Source: Octopus vulgaris
Lineage: Eukaryota
Length of the DNA: 64,000 bases
Direction of reading: 5' to 3'
Assembly: GCA_951406725.2 (NCBI GenBank)
Contig: OX597831.1
Span: 50,096,001 to 50,160,000, forward strand
Shown here: positions 1 through 14,165 of the stretch, piece by piece
Layout: every line of letters begins with the position of its first letter
How positions within the stretch are numbered: the first letter of the stretch is position 1
Program-made: the position numbers and the translations under genes
The notes under the pieces: model-generated
What the model saw: the letters and a program-made list of their open reading frames with translations, nothing else
Told to the model about the DNA's origin: nothing
Databases searched by the model: none

Positions 1-214
1 GTTGAAGAACGTTATACAATTTTTTAAGTCGAGATACCACTTGTCTAAGAGCTTATGTAAATATATATGTCTGCATATAGTCATAAACTTGCGTGTACAT
101 ATATCTATATTTATGCGTCTATTCATCTAACATATATAGTAACTATGTGTGTATGGATGCATGTATGTGTATATATATATGTGTGTGTGTGTGTGTGGTT
201 ATACATATTCTTTT

Positions 215-472
215 TTACTCTTTTACTCTTTTATTTGTTTCAGTCATTTGAGTGCGGTCATGCTGCAGCACCACCATTTAGTCGGAGAAATTGACCCCGA
301 TACTTATTCTTTGTAAGCGTAGTACTTAGTCCATCGGTCTCTTTTGCTGAACCTGAAAGATACGGTGACATCGGTTGTCAAAAGGTTAGCCGAGGGACAA
401 ACACAGACATACATAAATACACGCCCACATACACACACACAAACACATACACACATACATACATACATACAT

Positions 473-505
<33 letters not shown>

Positions 506-680
506 TATATATATATATGTAGGTAACTGGCTTCTTTCAGTTTCCGTCTATCAAATCCACTCACAAGGCTTTGTTTGGCCCCAGGCTATAATAGAAGAAA
601 GCCGCCCTTAGTGCCACGCAGTGGGATTGAATCCGGAACCATGTGGCTGAAGAGCAAGTTCCTTACCACACGGTCGCGCC
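215..680 (-). mobile_element. tRNA-derived SINE, family 1 (octopus OK/OR-like), full copy
   Basis: Minus strand reads a tRNA-like head (GTGTGGTAAG...GGATTCAATCCC), a body with an internal CA/TA microsatellite and a GAAACAAATAAAAGAG tail. The same body recurs more than 10 times in the window. Confidence 0.85.
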
Positions 681-695
681 ACCACATGTATATAA

Positions 696-806
<111 letters not shown>

Positions 807-1238
807 CTTTAATCTGTTATTTGTTTCAGTCAACAAACTGCGACCACACTGGGACACCGCTTTGAATTTATATAGGCAGCGACATGCAATGTTTACCAAA
901 TATGAAAACCATAATTGTCTCTAAATATGACTCGGGTATATAAACGCCTCTAAATATGACTCGGGTATATAAGATATAAACGCCTACATTGCTAGAAATA
1001 AGAGTTAAATTGCTCTAAAGCCGAAGTCAAAGCACATAATTATATACATATATACCGATCTAAAAATTGCTTTGGAAATGGGTTTGACAGCAAAAGATAG
1101 TCGCTCATAGTGTAATATTTTCTGGGTTCATATCAATACAGATATGTAAATATGCATTTATGTAAGTCTGATAATTTACACAGAAATAAGTTTATATAAA
1201 TACATAAATACAAACGAACACACACACATATACACATA

Positions 1239-1369
<131 letters not shown>

Positions 1370-1601
1370 ATCTCTGGCCGAAATCAGATCGCCATGTTGA
1401 TTCGTTAGTTACTGCACGCATTTTTTTTCTCTCCTTCTTTCTGTGTTTTTTTTCTCTCTGTGTATCTTTCTGTTGAAGAGCGTAGGCTCGAAACGTTAAA
1501 GACTTGTTTTATTTATATTTCCTGAGCGCCATACTAATACAATTGTTTGTTTGTTTTCCACCTGCCTTCGTCTTTTGTCTATTTTCATAAAGCTTCCCGT
1601 T
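1370..1601 (+). mobile_element. PLE pseudo-LTR-like fragment between microsatellites
   Basis: Contains an HHR-like motif at 1465-1502. The tail CCACCTGCCTTCGTCTTTTG...CCCGTTATATA recurs at 45835-45911 and ends in (TA)n. Confidence 0.55.
1465..1502 (+). ncRNA. Minimal hammerhead-like variant
   Basis: TCTTT-CTGTTGA-A-GAGC(GTAG)GCTC-GAAA-CG-TT-AAAGA. Stems I and II pair; core A6 is replaced by U. Confidence 0.45.
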
Positions 1602-1621
1602 ATATATATATATATATATAT

Positions 1622-2574
1622 ATAGGCAAATCTGTTGTTGAAAATGCACCTAAATTTGATAAAACTGTAATTATCTTCAAATAAATTTATTTAAATATAT
1701 ACCAAATTAGTTTCAACATTATTTTTGCTTATCAATAGTAAAAATTTAGAATTGTGAATTAGAAAAACATATTTTAAAATTTCAATGTTGACAAGTTTAA
1801 ATGTTCATAACAGGCAATGATATAAACACTGTTGATCAACTTATTTCAATGTACAAAATTCAATAGTCTTAGTGATCGACAAGAACTGAATATCATCAGC
1901 TTCAGTTATACTGAGATAAGAGGGAAAAAACGAGGAGAAATGAAGATAGTAAAACAGGGACCAAAACCGAACTTCAGCAAATGCAAGAAAATGATCCTGT
2001 AAGAGAAACAACCAATTGGAACAGCTGATAACCGTTCCCCACAGGGTAGCCAGCCAGGCAGAACGTCAAACTTGACCAGCAGATAAACAAGACACCACCA
2101 GTACTTTAACGAATCAGAAGTCAGATCTTTTCTCGGAAAAAATTATAAATGCACCGGATTCCAAAAAAACACCGTTACAATCAAAAGTTCCTGCACACGA
2201 TGGAAAGAGAATAAAAGAAACTGTAAACAAAATCCCCTTTTTTGCTATCTTTATTTCTCCCTCGTTTTCCTCCCTCTTCACTCAGTATGAGTGAAGCTTT
2301 TATGATATTCGTTTCTTGTCGAACACTACAAACACTATTGAATTTTGTACCTTTAAACAAGTTGATCAAGAGTTTTTATATTATTAACTGTTATGAACAT
2401 TTATACTTGTGGACATAGAAACAGATTTTTCTAATTCATAACTCTAAATTTTTAACATTCATAATCCAAAAAATATTGTTGAAACTAGTTTGGTATATAT
2501 GTAAATAAATTTATTTTAAAACAATTACAAGTTTTTCAAATTTAGGTGCGTTTTTAACAACAACATAGCCTATA
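1622..2574. repeat. Degenerate long inverted repeat, arms about 340 bp (1622-1960 / 2232-2574)
   Basis: Arms align as reverse complements, e.g. TGTTGTTGAAAATGCACCTAAATTTG vs CAAATTTAGGTGCGTTTTTAACAACA and TTGATCAACTT vs AAGTTGATCAA. Confidence 0.85.
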
Positions 2575-2667
2575 TTTATTCCTCCGTGCAAATACACGCC
2601 CTATTTGTAAATAAAATCTAAGTAAACAACAGGATATGATGTAGTGAAGAGTGTACGACTGTTTCAA

Positions 2668-3027
2668 GCGGCTCCATTTACTTGAAAAATACAAAGATTA
2701 TATCAGTTTAAAAGTAGTGCCATCTTCAGCTGCACAAATACATAAATAGAACTTTAACCAGTTGGATAAATTAAAATACTTTTACTCAAATGCTTTAACA
2801 GAGCAAGAAGATAGAGGAGATTCATGCTGTCGCTATTGTAGCAACGAATAGACTACAGTTCCAAGAATCGCATGAAGCCCATTCGGGTCATAGCTTGTAA
2901 AGGATTGTAAATCATTTGTTATTCGTTTAGCCGTTGGTTAAAATTTTATATATTTATTTGTGCAGCTGAAGATGGTACGAATTTTGAAGTTGATGTAATG
3001 ATTGCATTGTTCGAATAAATGGAGTCG
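2668..3027. repeat. Degenerate inverted repeat, arms about 100 bp (2668-2770 / 2925-3027)
   Basis: CCATCTTCAGCTGCACAAATA vs TATTTGTGCAGCTGAAGATGG, with the flanks also aligning. Confidence 0.75.
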
Positions 3028-3069
3028 TACTGGGTTACTACTTGATATCATGTTGCCCATTTTGATTTC

Positions 3070-3200
3070 AGCGGTTCGGCATAAGAGACCGATAGAATAA
3101 GTACTGGGCTTACAAAGAATAAGTCCCGGGGTCGATCTCCTCGACTAAAGGCGGTGCTCCAGCATGGCCGCAGTCAAATGACTGAAACAAGTAAAAGAAA
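3070..3200 (+). mobile_element. SINE family 1, 3' fragment
   Basis: GCGGTTCGGC...GATAGAATAAGTAC...GCTCCAGCATGGCCGCAGTCAAATGACTGAAACAAG. Confidence 0.85.
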
Positions 3201-3217
3201 AAAAAAGAAAGAAGAAG

Positions 3218-3278
<61 letters not shown>

Positions 3279-4109
3279 GCATACATATATACGCATATAT
3301 ATATACTTATTTATATATATTATGTATATATGCATAGATGAGTTATACAACAGCAATCATGAATTAATATATGGAACTGGCACGAGTGAATTCAATGAGT
3401 ATCAAAACTTATCGCTTCATAAAGAAACATGACTGCATCACACCTGTGGTAACATCTACGTGGATGTGTATCTGTGTATATAAATGAATAGACACACACG
3501 CACACACGCACACACACACACACACATACACATACATATATATATATATATATATACATACATACGTACATACATACATATACATATATATATATATATT
3601 TAAATATATATATATATATATATATGAATAAATATAGTCATTTTCACCATGGTTATTGTGAAATGAAGTACATGACTGCCAATTGTTAATGAAAATTTGT
3701 GCTGTTGTGATGATGTCGTAAGTATATTACCAATTGTCTTCGCCAACATCATCATATAATAATCATCATCATCATCATCATCATCTTCATCCGCATCATC
3801 ATCACCATCATCTTCATCATCATTGTCATTATTACTACACCACAGCCACAACCATTACCACCACTATCCTCACCGTCGTAGTCGACGTCGTCTGCTCTCT
3901 TACTGTTATCTTTCTGTTTTTATTTTTGTTAATTTTTCATCGTCGTCGTGCTGCAAAAAAAAGTGATAATATTACAAAACATCTAATAATCAAAATTACA
4001 CGAAGCTGCCAGCGAAAACAATTCCAAAGGAAATTGTCATCAAAATATGCTCAATGTTATATCATACACTATCATAGAATGGGAGACATACACATATGAA
4101 TGATTTCTA

Positions 4110-4535
<426 letters not shown>

Positions 4536-4911
4536 AGTGTTTGTACGTGCAGTTTGACGAAATACACCTGGAAGTTTTAAGGAGATATAACGAAATACCA
4601 GACAGGTAAATATATCGTCTCCATTTTTACCAGAATCTCGTCATCTCTTCGTACGATAACAGTTGCCGTCGTTGTAATTGATTACATGTACACAAATAGA
4701 CAAACTGAGACAGAAACAAATAAAAGTCGGCGGAAACAATTTATTCATGTATGCAAATACGTATGTATATATTTATAAATTAAAAAAAAAATACTCTTTG
4801 CTCAAACGTATATGTAAAACACACACATGCACGCATCTAATAAATGTTTTACAACTAAAACATTTGTTTAAGCTTGCTTTCTTGAATTGTCCTCTTCTTG
4901 TACTCATTGCG

Positions 4912-4946
<35 letters not shown>

Positions 4947-5095
4947 TAAATTAGAGACAAAACCACTATTATGCAAATCAAACAAAGAAAGACTTAATCC
5001 AATACATAAATTAATTTATATTATTTTGAAATTTAACAATTATTATATATTATTATATATATTATAACAATTATATATTACATATATATAACAAT

Positions 5096-5207
<112 letters not shown>

Positions 5208-5273
5208 ATAGATATTGTGTTTGTTTGTTTGTGTCTGTGCGTACCTATACCAGTTGTCCTCTATTGCTCATTG

Positions 5274-5314
<41 letters not shown>

Positions 5315-5450
5315 GTAATGAGCATATGAGGACAACTCGTATAGGTACGCACACACACACAAACACAATATATATATACACACATATATATATACTGTGT
5401 GTATGTCGTGTTATCTATATGAAGTGTCCTCTTCTTAGGCGCATTGCCTC

Positions 5451-5501
<51 letters not shown>

Positions 5502-5776
5502 TATGTATATATGAAGCAACAATCTTAAGAAAAGATGACAATTCATATACATACGACCACACACACATACACACAGAATTTAAAGGTAATTGCATATTCA
5601 GATACACATCATTAATTCCGCCTAGATCTTAACAATAACCAAGAAGACAACACGGCACCCGGCACATGCAGTCTTACATTTTCCTTATATCTGTTTTCTA
5701 TATATTTTTTATTTATTTATCAATATTCTATTTGACCACGCAACAACGAAATGAAGAGATATTTCCTCTGTATTTA

Positions 5777-6070
5777 TTAGTTTCGTTTGACAACCTTGAC
5801 TCTGACACTCGTGCGTTCTTCATACTGTAATAAATGTATTGGCTTTTATCATGGCTGTCTTCATTGTAGTTACTACTGTCGTCATCAAATACAGTGTCTA
5901 CACTGTATTTCCTAATTGTCATTTTCACCAGCGTTGTCGTCATTTTAGTTATCATCATCATCGCCTTTTTTATCAGCCCCATCTTGGTCGTTGTCTTCAG
6001 TGGCATCACCGTTACTTTCCTCATCATAACTGTTTTCCCTATCGTCATTTTTGTTGTTTTTATCGTCACC
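5777..6070 (-). repeat. GAT/AAC-rich segment duplicated in inverted orientation at 13571-13865
   Basis: Reverse complement aligns colinearly with 13571-13865, roughly 90% identical by eye. Confidence 0.9.
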
Positions 6071-6379
6071 AATTTCACCATCGTTATTTTCATCACCACT
6101 CTCATTGTCATCATCCTTCGCGATTCTCATCAATGTCACCATCAATTTCATCGTTTTATAGTTAGCGTCCTCTTCACATTATTATTATATTTACTTCTGA
6201 CTTCAAATTATACCATGGTCCACAGACATTTCTCGTAGGAGTCCATGGTTCCTTCATATACTGCCTTCTTGTTGTTATTACTATTTTTGTTGTTAATTCA
6301 GTTAATTCTGATGTGGATGACTCTATATCTTTAGCTCTAGCTTTGCTTTGGTAACCAATACCGTAATTAATTTCAAACA

Positions 6380-6820
6380 GCAATTAAAATACTGGCCAAA
6401 TTAGAATCCACCTGATGAAGATAGTGGCTTTTTCTAAACCTTGCGCCATAATACCCTCAATAGTTTCACACCCCACTTCTCTGATTTCGCTATTGATGTC
6501 CTCCTTCAGTTGCACTTGGGTCTACCTTCTCTTTCAAGTATCACCACAAGAAAAAAATCCGGGCTTATCAAGCCTGGGGAACGTGAAGGCCATTTAAAGT
6601 AGACCTCACACATGATTCTAGCAATATTAGGCAACTACTCGTACCGGAAGAGAAACAGTGCAGTTGCTAGGGTAATGCTTTGGAGACAGAATAATCGCCC
6701 ACCACGGCAATGTCAACTGGCCTTCTATTATGTCCTTAATATTATATCAAAATTCCATGTCTTTATTTGTAAAGTTAAGGAAGTTATTAGAAATTGATAC
6801 CCACCAGTGACATTTGAGAC

Positions 6821-6823
<3 letters not shown>
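6380..6823 (-). mobile_element. Decayed Tc1/mariner-superfamily transposase fragment with one TIR
   Basis: Minus strand gives WPSRSPGLISPDFF(LW)..YLKEKV, matching the WPPRSPDL..DFFLWGYLK motif. The terminus TA-TAGGGTGTCTCAAATGTCACTGG abuts (TA)n. Confidence 0.6.
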
Positions 6824-6861
<38 letters not shown>

Positions 6862-6968
6862 TTAAATAATGAGGGAGATAAATTAATATTAATTTCAATA
6901 TCAATTTAAAAGTAGTAGTCCAGCATACAAAAAATCTAAGAAGTCAGAGAAAATTCTAATATATGGTG

Positions 6969-7036
<68 letters not shown>

Positions 7037-7064
7037 CACATACATATATATATATACATATATA

Positions 7065-7104
<40 letters not shown>

Positions 7105-7429
7105 TATATATACATATATATATATATATTATTATAATTATATACATAATTATAACAAGAGATTGGCTATGAGCCTTTTCACGCACTAGAAAAGACGCCA
7201 AAAGACGATAATACCACCTTAATAACTAAACAAAAACTAAACATGGGTTGTAGTCGAGCAAAAGAAAGATAATGAATTAAACTTTTGGTTAAACGTGTAC
7301 AAGATTCCGTTTCAAGCTTAAGGTAAAAAAATATATACCTACGTTATTCCGTAGTAAATATTCACGTGTATCTACTCATACGTACACGAGCAGCTTATAG
7401 CCAATTTCTCGTAATTATGTATATAATTA

Positions 7430-7493
<64 letters not shown>

Positions 7494-10458
7494 TATATAT
7501 ATATGTATGTATGTATGTATAACAAACTCACAAAAACGCCGATGTGCATCAATCCATGGCATATAGCAAAGGATATTTTGATAACAGTTAAAGATTTCAT
7601 AAATGGATGCCGTTCGTCTTAGGAAACACCTTTCACTGAAATCAAGATTGGATATAAAGAATTATGGTCATAATGAGGCCATTGCTAAGCAACAGTATTA
7701 TTCCTGATATTATGATGTAAAATATTTAGTCTCTTCCGTTATTTATAGTTAATTTCTTGTTATGCGAGCTACGAATACCCATTTTTTTTTTTGGGGGGGG
7801 GGTATCAGCTGTTGTGCATGAATATTTATATGAGGTAATTTGTACTGTAATAGTTTAAATGTTATTTTTCTTATTAATATTTATAATTTAAAATACTGAA
7901 AATAACAGTAGTAAATTAATAATTAAAATAAAAATCTATACATATAAAACATAGGATTTGTGTCTGTGTATTTGTCATGTCGTTAAAACTCGAGATCCAC
8001 CCAACCAGTTTTAACGAAATTTTACTCATGCATTGCATATGTTATGGGCCAAACGCAGTTTCAACTTCTTGCCTAATGCGGGCCCACGGGCAGATAAACC
8101 GCATTTTCAAAGCATTTTCACAGCATTAAGACCCGTAACCTGAAGAGAATCTAGTTTCTTTCCTCCAAATTTGCAACAAACATTGAATTGCTCGAATTTC
8201 TGCTGACTAAAAATAATTTCCGACGCCAATATGCCCCTCCCCCCATAAAAAACCATGCAGATTAATCAGATTGAGTATACTGCACTGGGTTTTATCTTTC
8301 TTTTTCGCCATTTTCCGATGATAAAATATTGATACTACTTATGAATTATATGTAGTGTATAATATTTCATGAAAATCTTTTTGTCCAACTTTTTCTGAGG
8401 ATATGAAAACATTAAAATTTTTGTCGGCGACCTTTCCACGATTCACCTTACCATCTTGCGCACTACTGGGCTATGTGCGTGTGTATGCGGCTGGGTAAAG
8501 GCACAACAAACCTATTCATCCACTCTGCATAAGTGCCCTGTTGATATTTCAAGTTTTCAATCCTACGGAACGCAACATGCCTGGCAGCATGCCCCTGTTA
8601 TGTCATTCCTGTCTGAACTACATAATACAAAACGTTCATACAAAAATACAAACTGCTGTCGTAACTCCTAGCCATTTGAGTTTGTCCGTGTTGTCCCAGA
8701 ATCAATGATGTTTTGTGTGAAATCGGATGCAGTTTTTAAAACTCACTTTTATGTTTATCATGTTTAATATGTGTTAAAAATGTATGAATTTCGAATTTTG
8801 TCTATATTTCTACTTTCATTCCTGTTGGACCCCTCTTATTTGTCCATGACAGATTTTTTCCAATGTAGCAGCAATAATTACCTCGATCACCACGATGGAG
8901 CAATCGTTGATCTGAACTTAAAGAACACATTCAGTTAACAGTACGGAGCTAACTCCTGAAATGCTTCGAAATGTGTTTCACAACGCTAAGGAGAAATTTA
9001 AAGTGTACAGAGATACAGACGTGTTGAAACTTTTCAATAAAAGCTTGACGTAAGATTTATAAATATATTTATTTTGGTAATAAACATAAAATTCTGTCAT
9101 TTCTTTTTAATTTGCTCAATTTCACTGAAACAGATAGTTGATTCTGGAATACCTTATATGGTATAGCATTCTTAGTTGTTGCGTTGCTCGAGTAAATATC
9201 AAAATCAAATGTCTTCTCGTCGTAGACATTCCATCTTTTTGTGAAGCATATTGTATCAAGGAGTATATTAGCCAAAATGTAACTCTCCTTTATAGGCGTG
9301 GCTGTGTGGTTGAGAAGCTTGCTTTCCATTCATTTCGCCTTGGATTCAATCCCACTGTGCAGCACGTTGGGCAACTCTCTTCCATTTACAACCCTGTGTA
9401 TTATATAATTGCCTTTACTACATTGATATATAAAATAACGCATACAACTCACTTACTATTGTCATATAATAAACAAACAGAAGTTCGTGTATGAAATTGA
9501 TCTTTTTTATACTCCACCCCTCCCTTGTTAAACAGCCATGCAAGGGCGTTTAGAAGTTATTCATAGTCATCGATGTCAATTTTCTTTTAGATGAAACTGC
9601 TCAGACTGTTTGCCTCGACGTCCAGAATCGCCCCAATAATCTTCTACAGAAAGTGACTGTTGTTTCCTCACAGACTGTAATGTTAATCTATGAGTGGCTA
9701 GTAATATTCTAGACGCCGATGCTCCCCCCCCCCCCGCCCTTGATCTACGTTTGACACATGATTTCAGATTTGTCAAAGAGCAGTTAGGAGTAACACAGTC
9801 ACGTAAATGGTTCCCGCTCCAGCCCTTTTTCGTTAGTTACTGGGATTGTAACGATTATGTTTACCATGAATTTTTTGATGTCCGTCCGGTGTAAGCCAAA
9901 ATAGACTAACAATAAAATAGACGATAAAAGTAGAGGCTTCAATAACGAGAAATTGAAATCCCCTCGTAATAGCCAAAGAAAGGTTGTCCTAAGAGTATAA
10001 AGCACAAGTAGCGATAGACAGATAGATAAGACTGCTTCATATTATATTCACAAATTGGTTTACAGAGACAGGGAAATTATTGTTAAAACCCTCAGGTTAC
10101 ATCCCTTTTAAAGAAGGAATTCTATCTCAACAGATATTAATACATGACTGAAAAGAAATTATGAATCTGTCCATATATAAATACATGGAGCTATTGACAT
10201 GAAAACAATAAGGCTTGCATATATGAAGCAATCCACTTTAAAAATATGCCTTATGAATAATAACCGGAGGCTTAAAGGTAATATAGCCTATATGCAAAAT
10301 TCTCAGGCATACACAGGAAAACAACATCGCCTCTAGACACAGCGTTTGTATCACGTAGATTACAAGAAATCAAGTTTTAAGAATCTCAGAATAAAGCAAA
10401 ATTTCTTTCACCATGACAGTCCTGGGCGCACTCAATTTTTGGTTGAACAATGAAAATA

Positions 10459-10684
10459 TTGGTTTGGTGCATAATTATTGCGGCTTTTTTCAACCAATTT
10501 TATTCAACAAAAACAATAATAATATTTAGCAAAAATATCTTTAAATGACGACCTGAAGCAGTAATTGAAGTAGATGGTGAATATGCTTCGGAATATTCAT
10601 TTAAAGATGTTTTTGTTACATGTAATCGTTTTTGCTGAATAAAATTTGTTGAAAAAAAGCCGCAATAATTATGCACCAAACCAA
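10459..10684. mobile_element. Mariner-derived MITE (MADE1-like TIRs), TA target duplication
   Basis: TA|TTGGTTTGGTGCATAATTATTGCGGCTTTTTTCAAC ... GTTGAAAAAAAGCCGCAATAATTATGCACCAAACCAA|TA. Confidence 0.92.
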
Positions 10685-10979
10685 TAATATTGATATGTTT
10701 TAATACATGCACAAGACCACACATACGAGAAATGATAATCGATCAAATCACTTCATAGAAATTTAGTTTTATCGATACTCGGAATGATGAAACCTAAAGT
10801 TGACTTCAGAGGGATTTGTAATGAAGCAGAAGAAATATCCTAAGACATTTTGACCAGGACCCTTTATATTTCAGAGCCATATATTTGTCTGGTAGTATAG
10901 TCGATTAAATCAACTCAAAAAGTATGTATCAATCCCAAATGAAATTGCAAATCAGAGACCTGCAGCAAATCCAAACTAG

Positions 10980-11140
10980 TTAAGTCGATTACACCGAACC
11001 TAGTGCTCAACTGGTACTTATATTTTCGACTCCAAAACGATGAAAGGCAAAGTCAACCTCGGTGGAGTTTGAACTCGGAACATAAAGAGGGACGAAAAGC
11101 CACTACGCTTGCTAACGACTCTACCAGCTCGCCACCTTGA
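10980..11140 (-). mobile_element. tRNA-derived SINE, family 2 (GCCTTTCATC..GGAGTCGA..ATAAGTACCAG central domain, possibly Meta-domain type)
   Basis: AAGGTGGCGAGCTGG head and GAGTTCAAA B box. Further copies at about 18375-18575, 20770-21120 (two), 22335-22725 (two), 35005-35210 and 61555-61770 (all minus) and 45260-45470 (plus). Confidence 0.8.
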
Positions 11141-11261
11141 AGTAGTTGAATATAGCAATGCATTTTGTCTTATTTTCTGTAGATTCTACTAATCCACCGC
11201 TACAAATAATAATAGTTTCTTTGGCACAAGACCAGCAATGATAGAGTGGGCTACTAGATTA

Positions 11262-14165
11262 CATAAACCTCTTCATTTGTACGAACATGTATTTGTTTGA
11301 ATATATTTTTATCATAACTAATGAGCCTACTATGATAGGAATTGTTTCTGTTTTTAGATGCTGTGTTCGCATCCAGTAAGTCCTCCCCCACCCTCTTTTT
11401 CTTGGTACATACAGTTGTCTGTGTCATTTTTGGGTGGAGTGACCCATATCTAGTTAGCAACTTCCTTGTCTTCCTGTCTAAGATGTTTCGTTCGTCTACT
11501 GTCTATGCGATTACCCCTGCTCTGTATCTAAGGAATGAAACCGTCCACGTGTTGATAGCTTCGATCTTATTCCGTCCGTTTAATTTTGACTTAAGGATCA
11601 GTCTCAGTCTGAGCAAGTACTCCACCTTAAAGTTTTCCTTCATTTCTTTCTCCATCAATTTATCTATTTCCAAAATCCCCAAGTACTTATAGCCCGTCTC
11701 ATATCTGCTTCATAACCTCTTCCGACGGTATCGTTAGCCCGTCCATACATTTGATTTTGCCTCTCTTCAATACTAATACACATCACTTTCTTAGTCCGAA
11801 CTCCATTCTGATATCAGCACTGGAGGTATACACCGTATCAATGAGACAACTGACTTGGGCTTCATCTTTACCATTAAGTTTGAGGTCATCCATGAATAAC
11901 AAATAGTTGACATCGTGCTGGCGGCTTTTGAAAACATACCCAGCCTTTGCTTTCTTCAGAATCAGTGTTTGTGGTATGAAGCACAGTACAATGATCAGTG
12001 GGACAGGCAGTCGCCTTGGAAGATGCCCCTCTTAATTTCTACTGTCCTTAAATTTCTTCCGTATGCTTTCAGATCGCCATACATTTTCGCGATACTTTTT
12101 CCAAGCAACCGCTCAACATTCGATGCAATACCAAATAGGTTGATACACTTCATAATCCAAGAATGTGGCATCATATCGTACGCCTTACGATAGTCGATCC
12201 GTGACATCGCTAAGTTAGTTTTCCTCCTCTTGCAGTCTCTAAGTACAGTTTTGTCTATCAGGAGTCTATCCTTGGTACCTCTGCACTTACGCTTGCATCC
12301 CTTCTGTTCATGTGGCTTGACTCCATTTTTTTCCAGATGTTCGTACATAGACTCTGCGAGTATTCCAGTCAATAACTTCCACATAAGTGGCAAACATGAT
12401 ATTGCCCTGTAATTGTTTACCGTATTGCCATTTTCGATGTTTTTCAGGCACAGCATGGTCCCACCCAATGGCAACCACTCTGGTGTTGCTTGGTCGGCAT
12501 CTAACAATGTGCAAAGCTGCGCAGCTTTTCGTGCATGACATTCACTAAATCTTTTGATCCAGTAGCCTTGGACTCCATCTGCTCCCGGGGTCTTCCAGTT
12601 GCTCATTTTTTGCTGATTTCCTTCACTTTCTTAACTAAAATGACTAGTTCTGTCTGTTTTGGACAGACTACGTATGTTTCAGTTCTTGCAACCTTTCAGC
12701 ATCCTTCTTGTGCTCCTTGTCTTTGCTCCAGATGTCACTCCAAAACCTTTGACTTTCAATGTTATCTGGTATCAACTTTTCATCCATGCATCCTCCATTT
12801 ATTTCTTTATAGAATCTCTTCTGATCTACTCTGAATATCGTATTCTGGTGGTAACCCTTCATTTTTGTTCGTATCTTACCATCTTTGCTTTCTGTGCAAC
12901 GCGTCACTGTTTCAGTTCCTCCACTGGGTCTAACACAGTGATTTCCTTCGAGAGCATGGATTCTTTTTTTCCACCATGGATCTTTTCTTTTGTCACTCCC
13001 ATTATGTTTCTTTTTCTTGACACCAACACCCAAGTTTTCTGCTACAACAATACTTGCTGCCTCGATCAAATTATTTGTTTCTGTGATGTTGTTTGTTCTG
13101 TCAGAATGTCATTGACATTTTTCGTTTCTTGTTTCAATTTCCATCGATCAACATTTTTAACGTTGCAAATAATGTCGCTATCGTTCTCCTGTAGTCTTAC
13201 CTTTATTCTGTCGTAGATTGCCTTTTGTTCATATGTCATGTCGCCATTAGTTTTATTGTTTTCTTTTAGATCAGCTATATGTCTCTCATCAAGTAAACTA
13301 CCACTGCTCCTTTCCTGTGCTATGGGATTACTCTTATTAGTAAGAACTGTATTTTCGTTCTTATCTATGCTGCTATTTTCCATGACCCGTCTTTAGATAG
13401 CTTTGAGCTCTACTTCTGTGAACCAACAATTTTTTCTTATTGCTCTAGCTTGATCACATAGACTCTGTTCCGTGAGTTGAAACAATCCCTTTTCTCTCCA
13501 ATGATCATTCATACGTTGTCGGTAATCCCATCCCTAATTTGAACACCATTTTCATCTACCGGGCTCCTCAGGTGACGATAAAAACAACAAAAATTATGAT
13601 AATGAAAACAGTTATGATGAGGAAAATAACGGTGATGCCACTGACGACAACAACCAAGATGGGGCTGATAAAAACGGCAATGATGATGATAACTAAAATG
13701 ACGACAACGTTGGTGACAATGACAATTAGGAAATACAGAGGTAGACACTGTATTTGATGGCGACAGTAGTAACTACAATGAAGGCAACCATGATGAAAGC
13801 CAATACATTTATTACTGTATGAAGAACGCACGAGTGTCAGAGTCAAGGTTGCCAAACGAAACTAACACTCCATGACCCACAGCATTAATTTGCTTGCTCT
13901 ATCTACACAGTGTGTGGTGGTCCTTTCTGGATGCCAACAGGCTGGAATCAGACCAGATTCTCTGAGCCTTCCGGGTGTAACACTGTCACCATCATTGGCT
14001 TCAGTTTCATTCACACCGTTATTCACTATATTTTGTTTTTTTTCATTGTCACTCATATGAGGTAGCGATTATCAGGTTGCGCAATTACCAGTGTTTTTAT
14101 TGTGACACCATCACTAGATGTATCATTAATCAGCTCATGAGGAGGAGGCGGCTCCACCCGTTTCC
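11262..14165 (-). mobile_element. R4/Dong-like non-LTR retrotransposon, frameshifted and 3'-truncated
   Basis: N-terminal [32 protein letters not shown], then RT motifs [60 protein letters not shown]. No RLE endonuclease region remains. Confidence 0.88.

Noticed and set aside
919-985. 28-bp tandem duplication CTCTAAATATGACTCGGGTATATAA
   Set aside because: Simple local slippage with no further structure.
3874-3950. Minus-strand segment with good splice acceptor and donor
   Set aside because: Stops in all three frames; at most a non-coding exon.
5728-6238. Acidic D/N/E-rich protein or multi-pass membrane ORFs
   Set aside because: Decayed GAT/AAC trinucleotide-like sequence with in-frame stops shared by both copies.
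7934-9830. Helitron-like 5' end (about 7934), mariner C-terminal trace (about 8820-9030) and L1/Tx1 RT trace (about 9580-9810, minus)
   Set aside because: Too degenerate to support boundaries or identity by eye.
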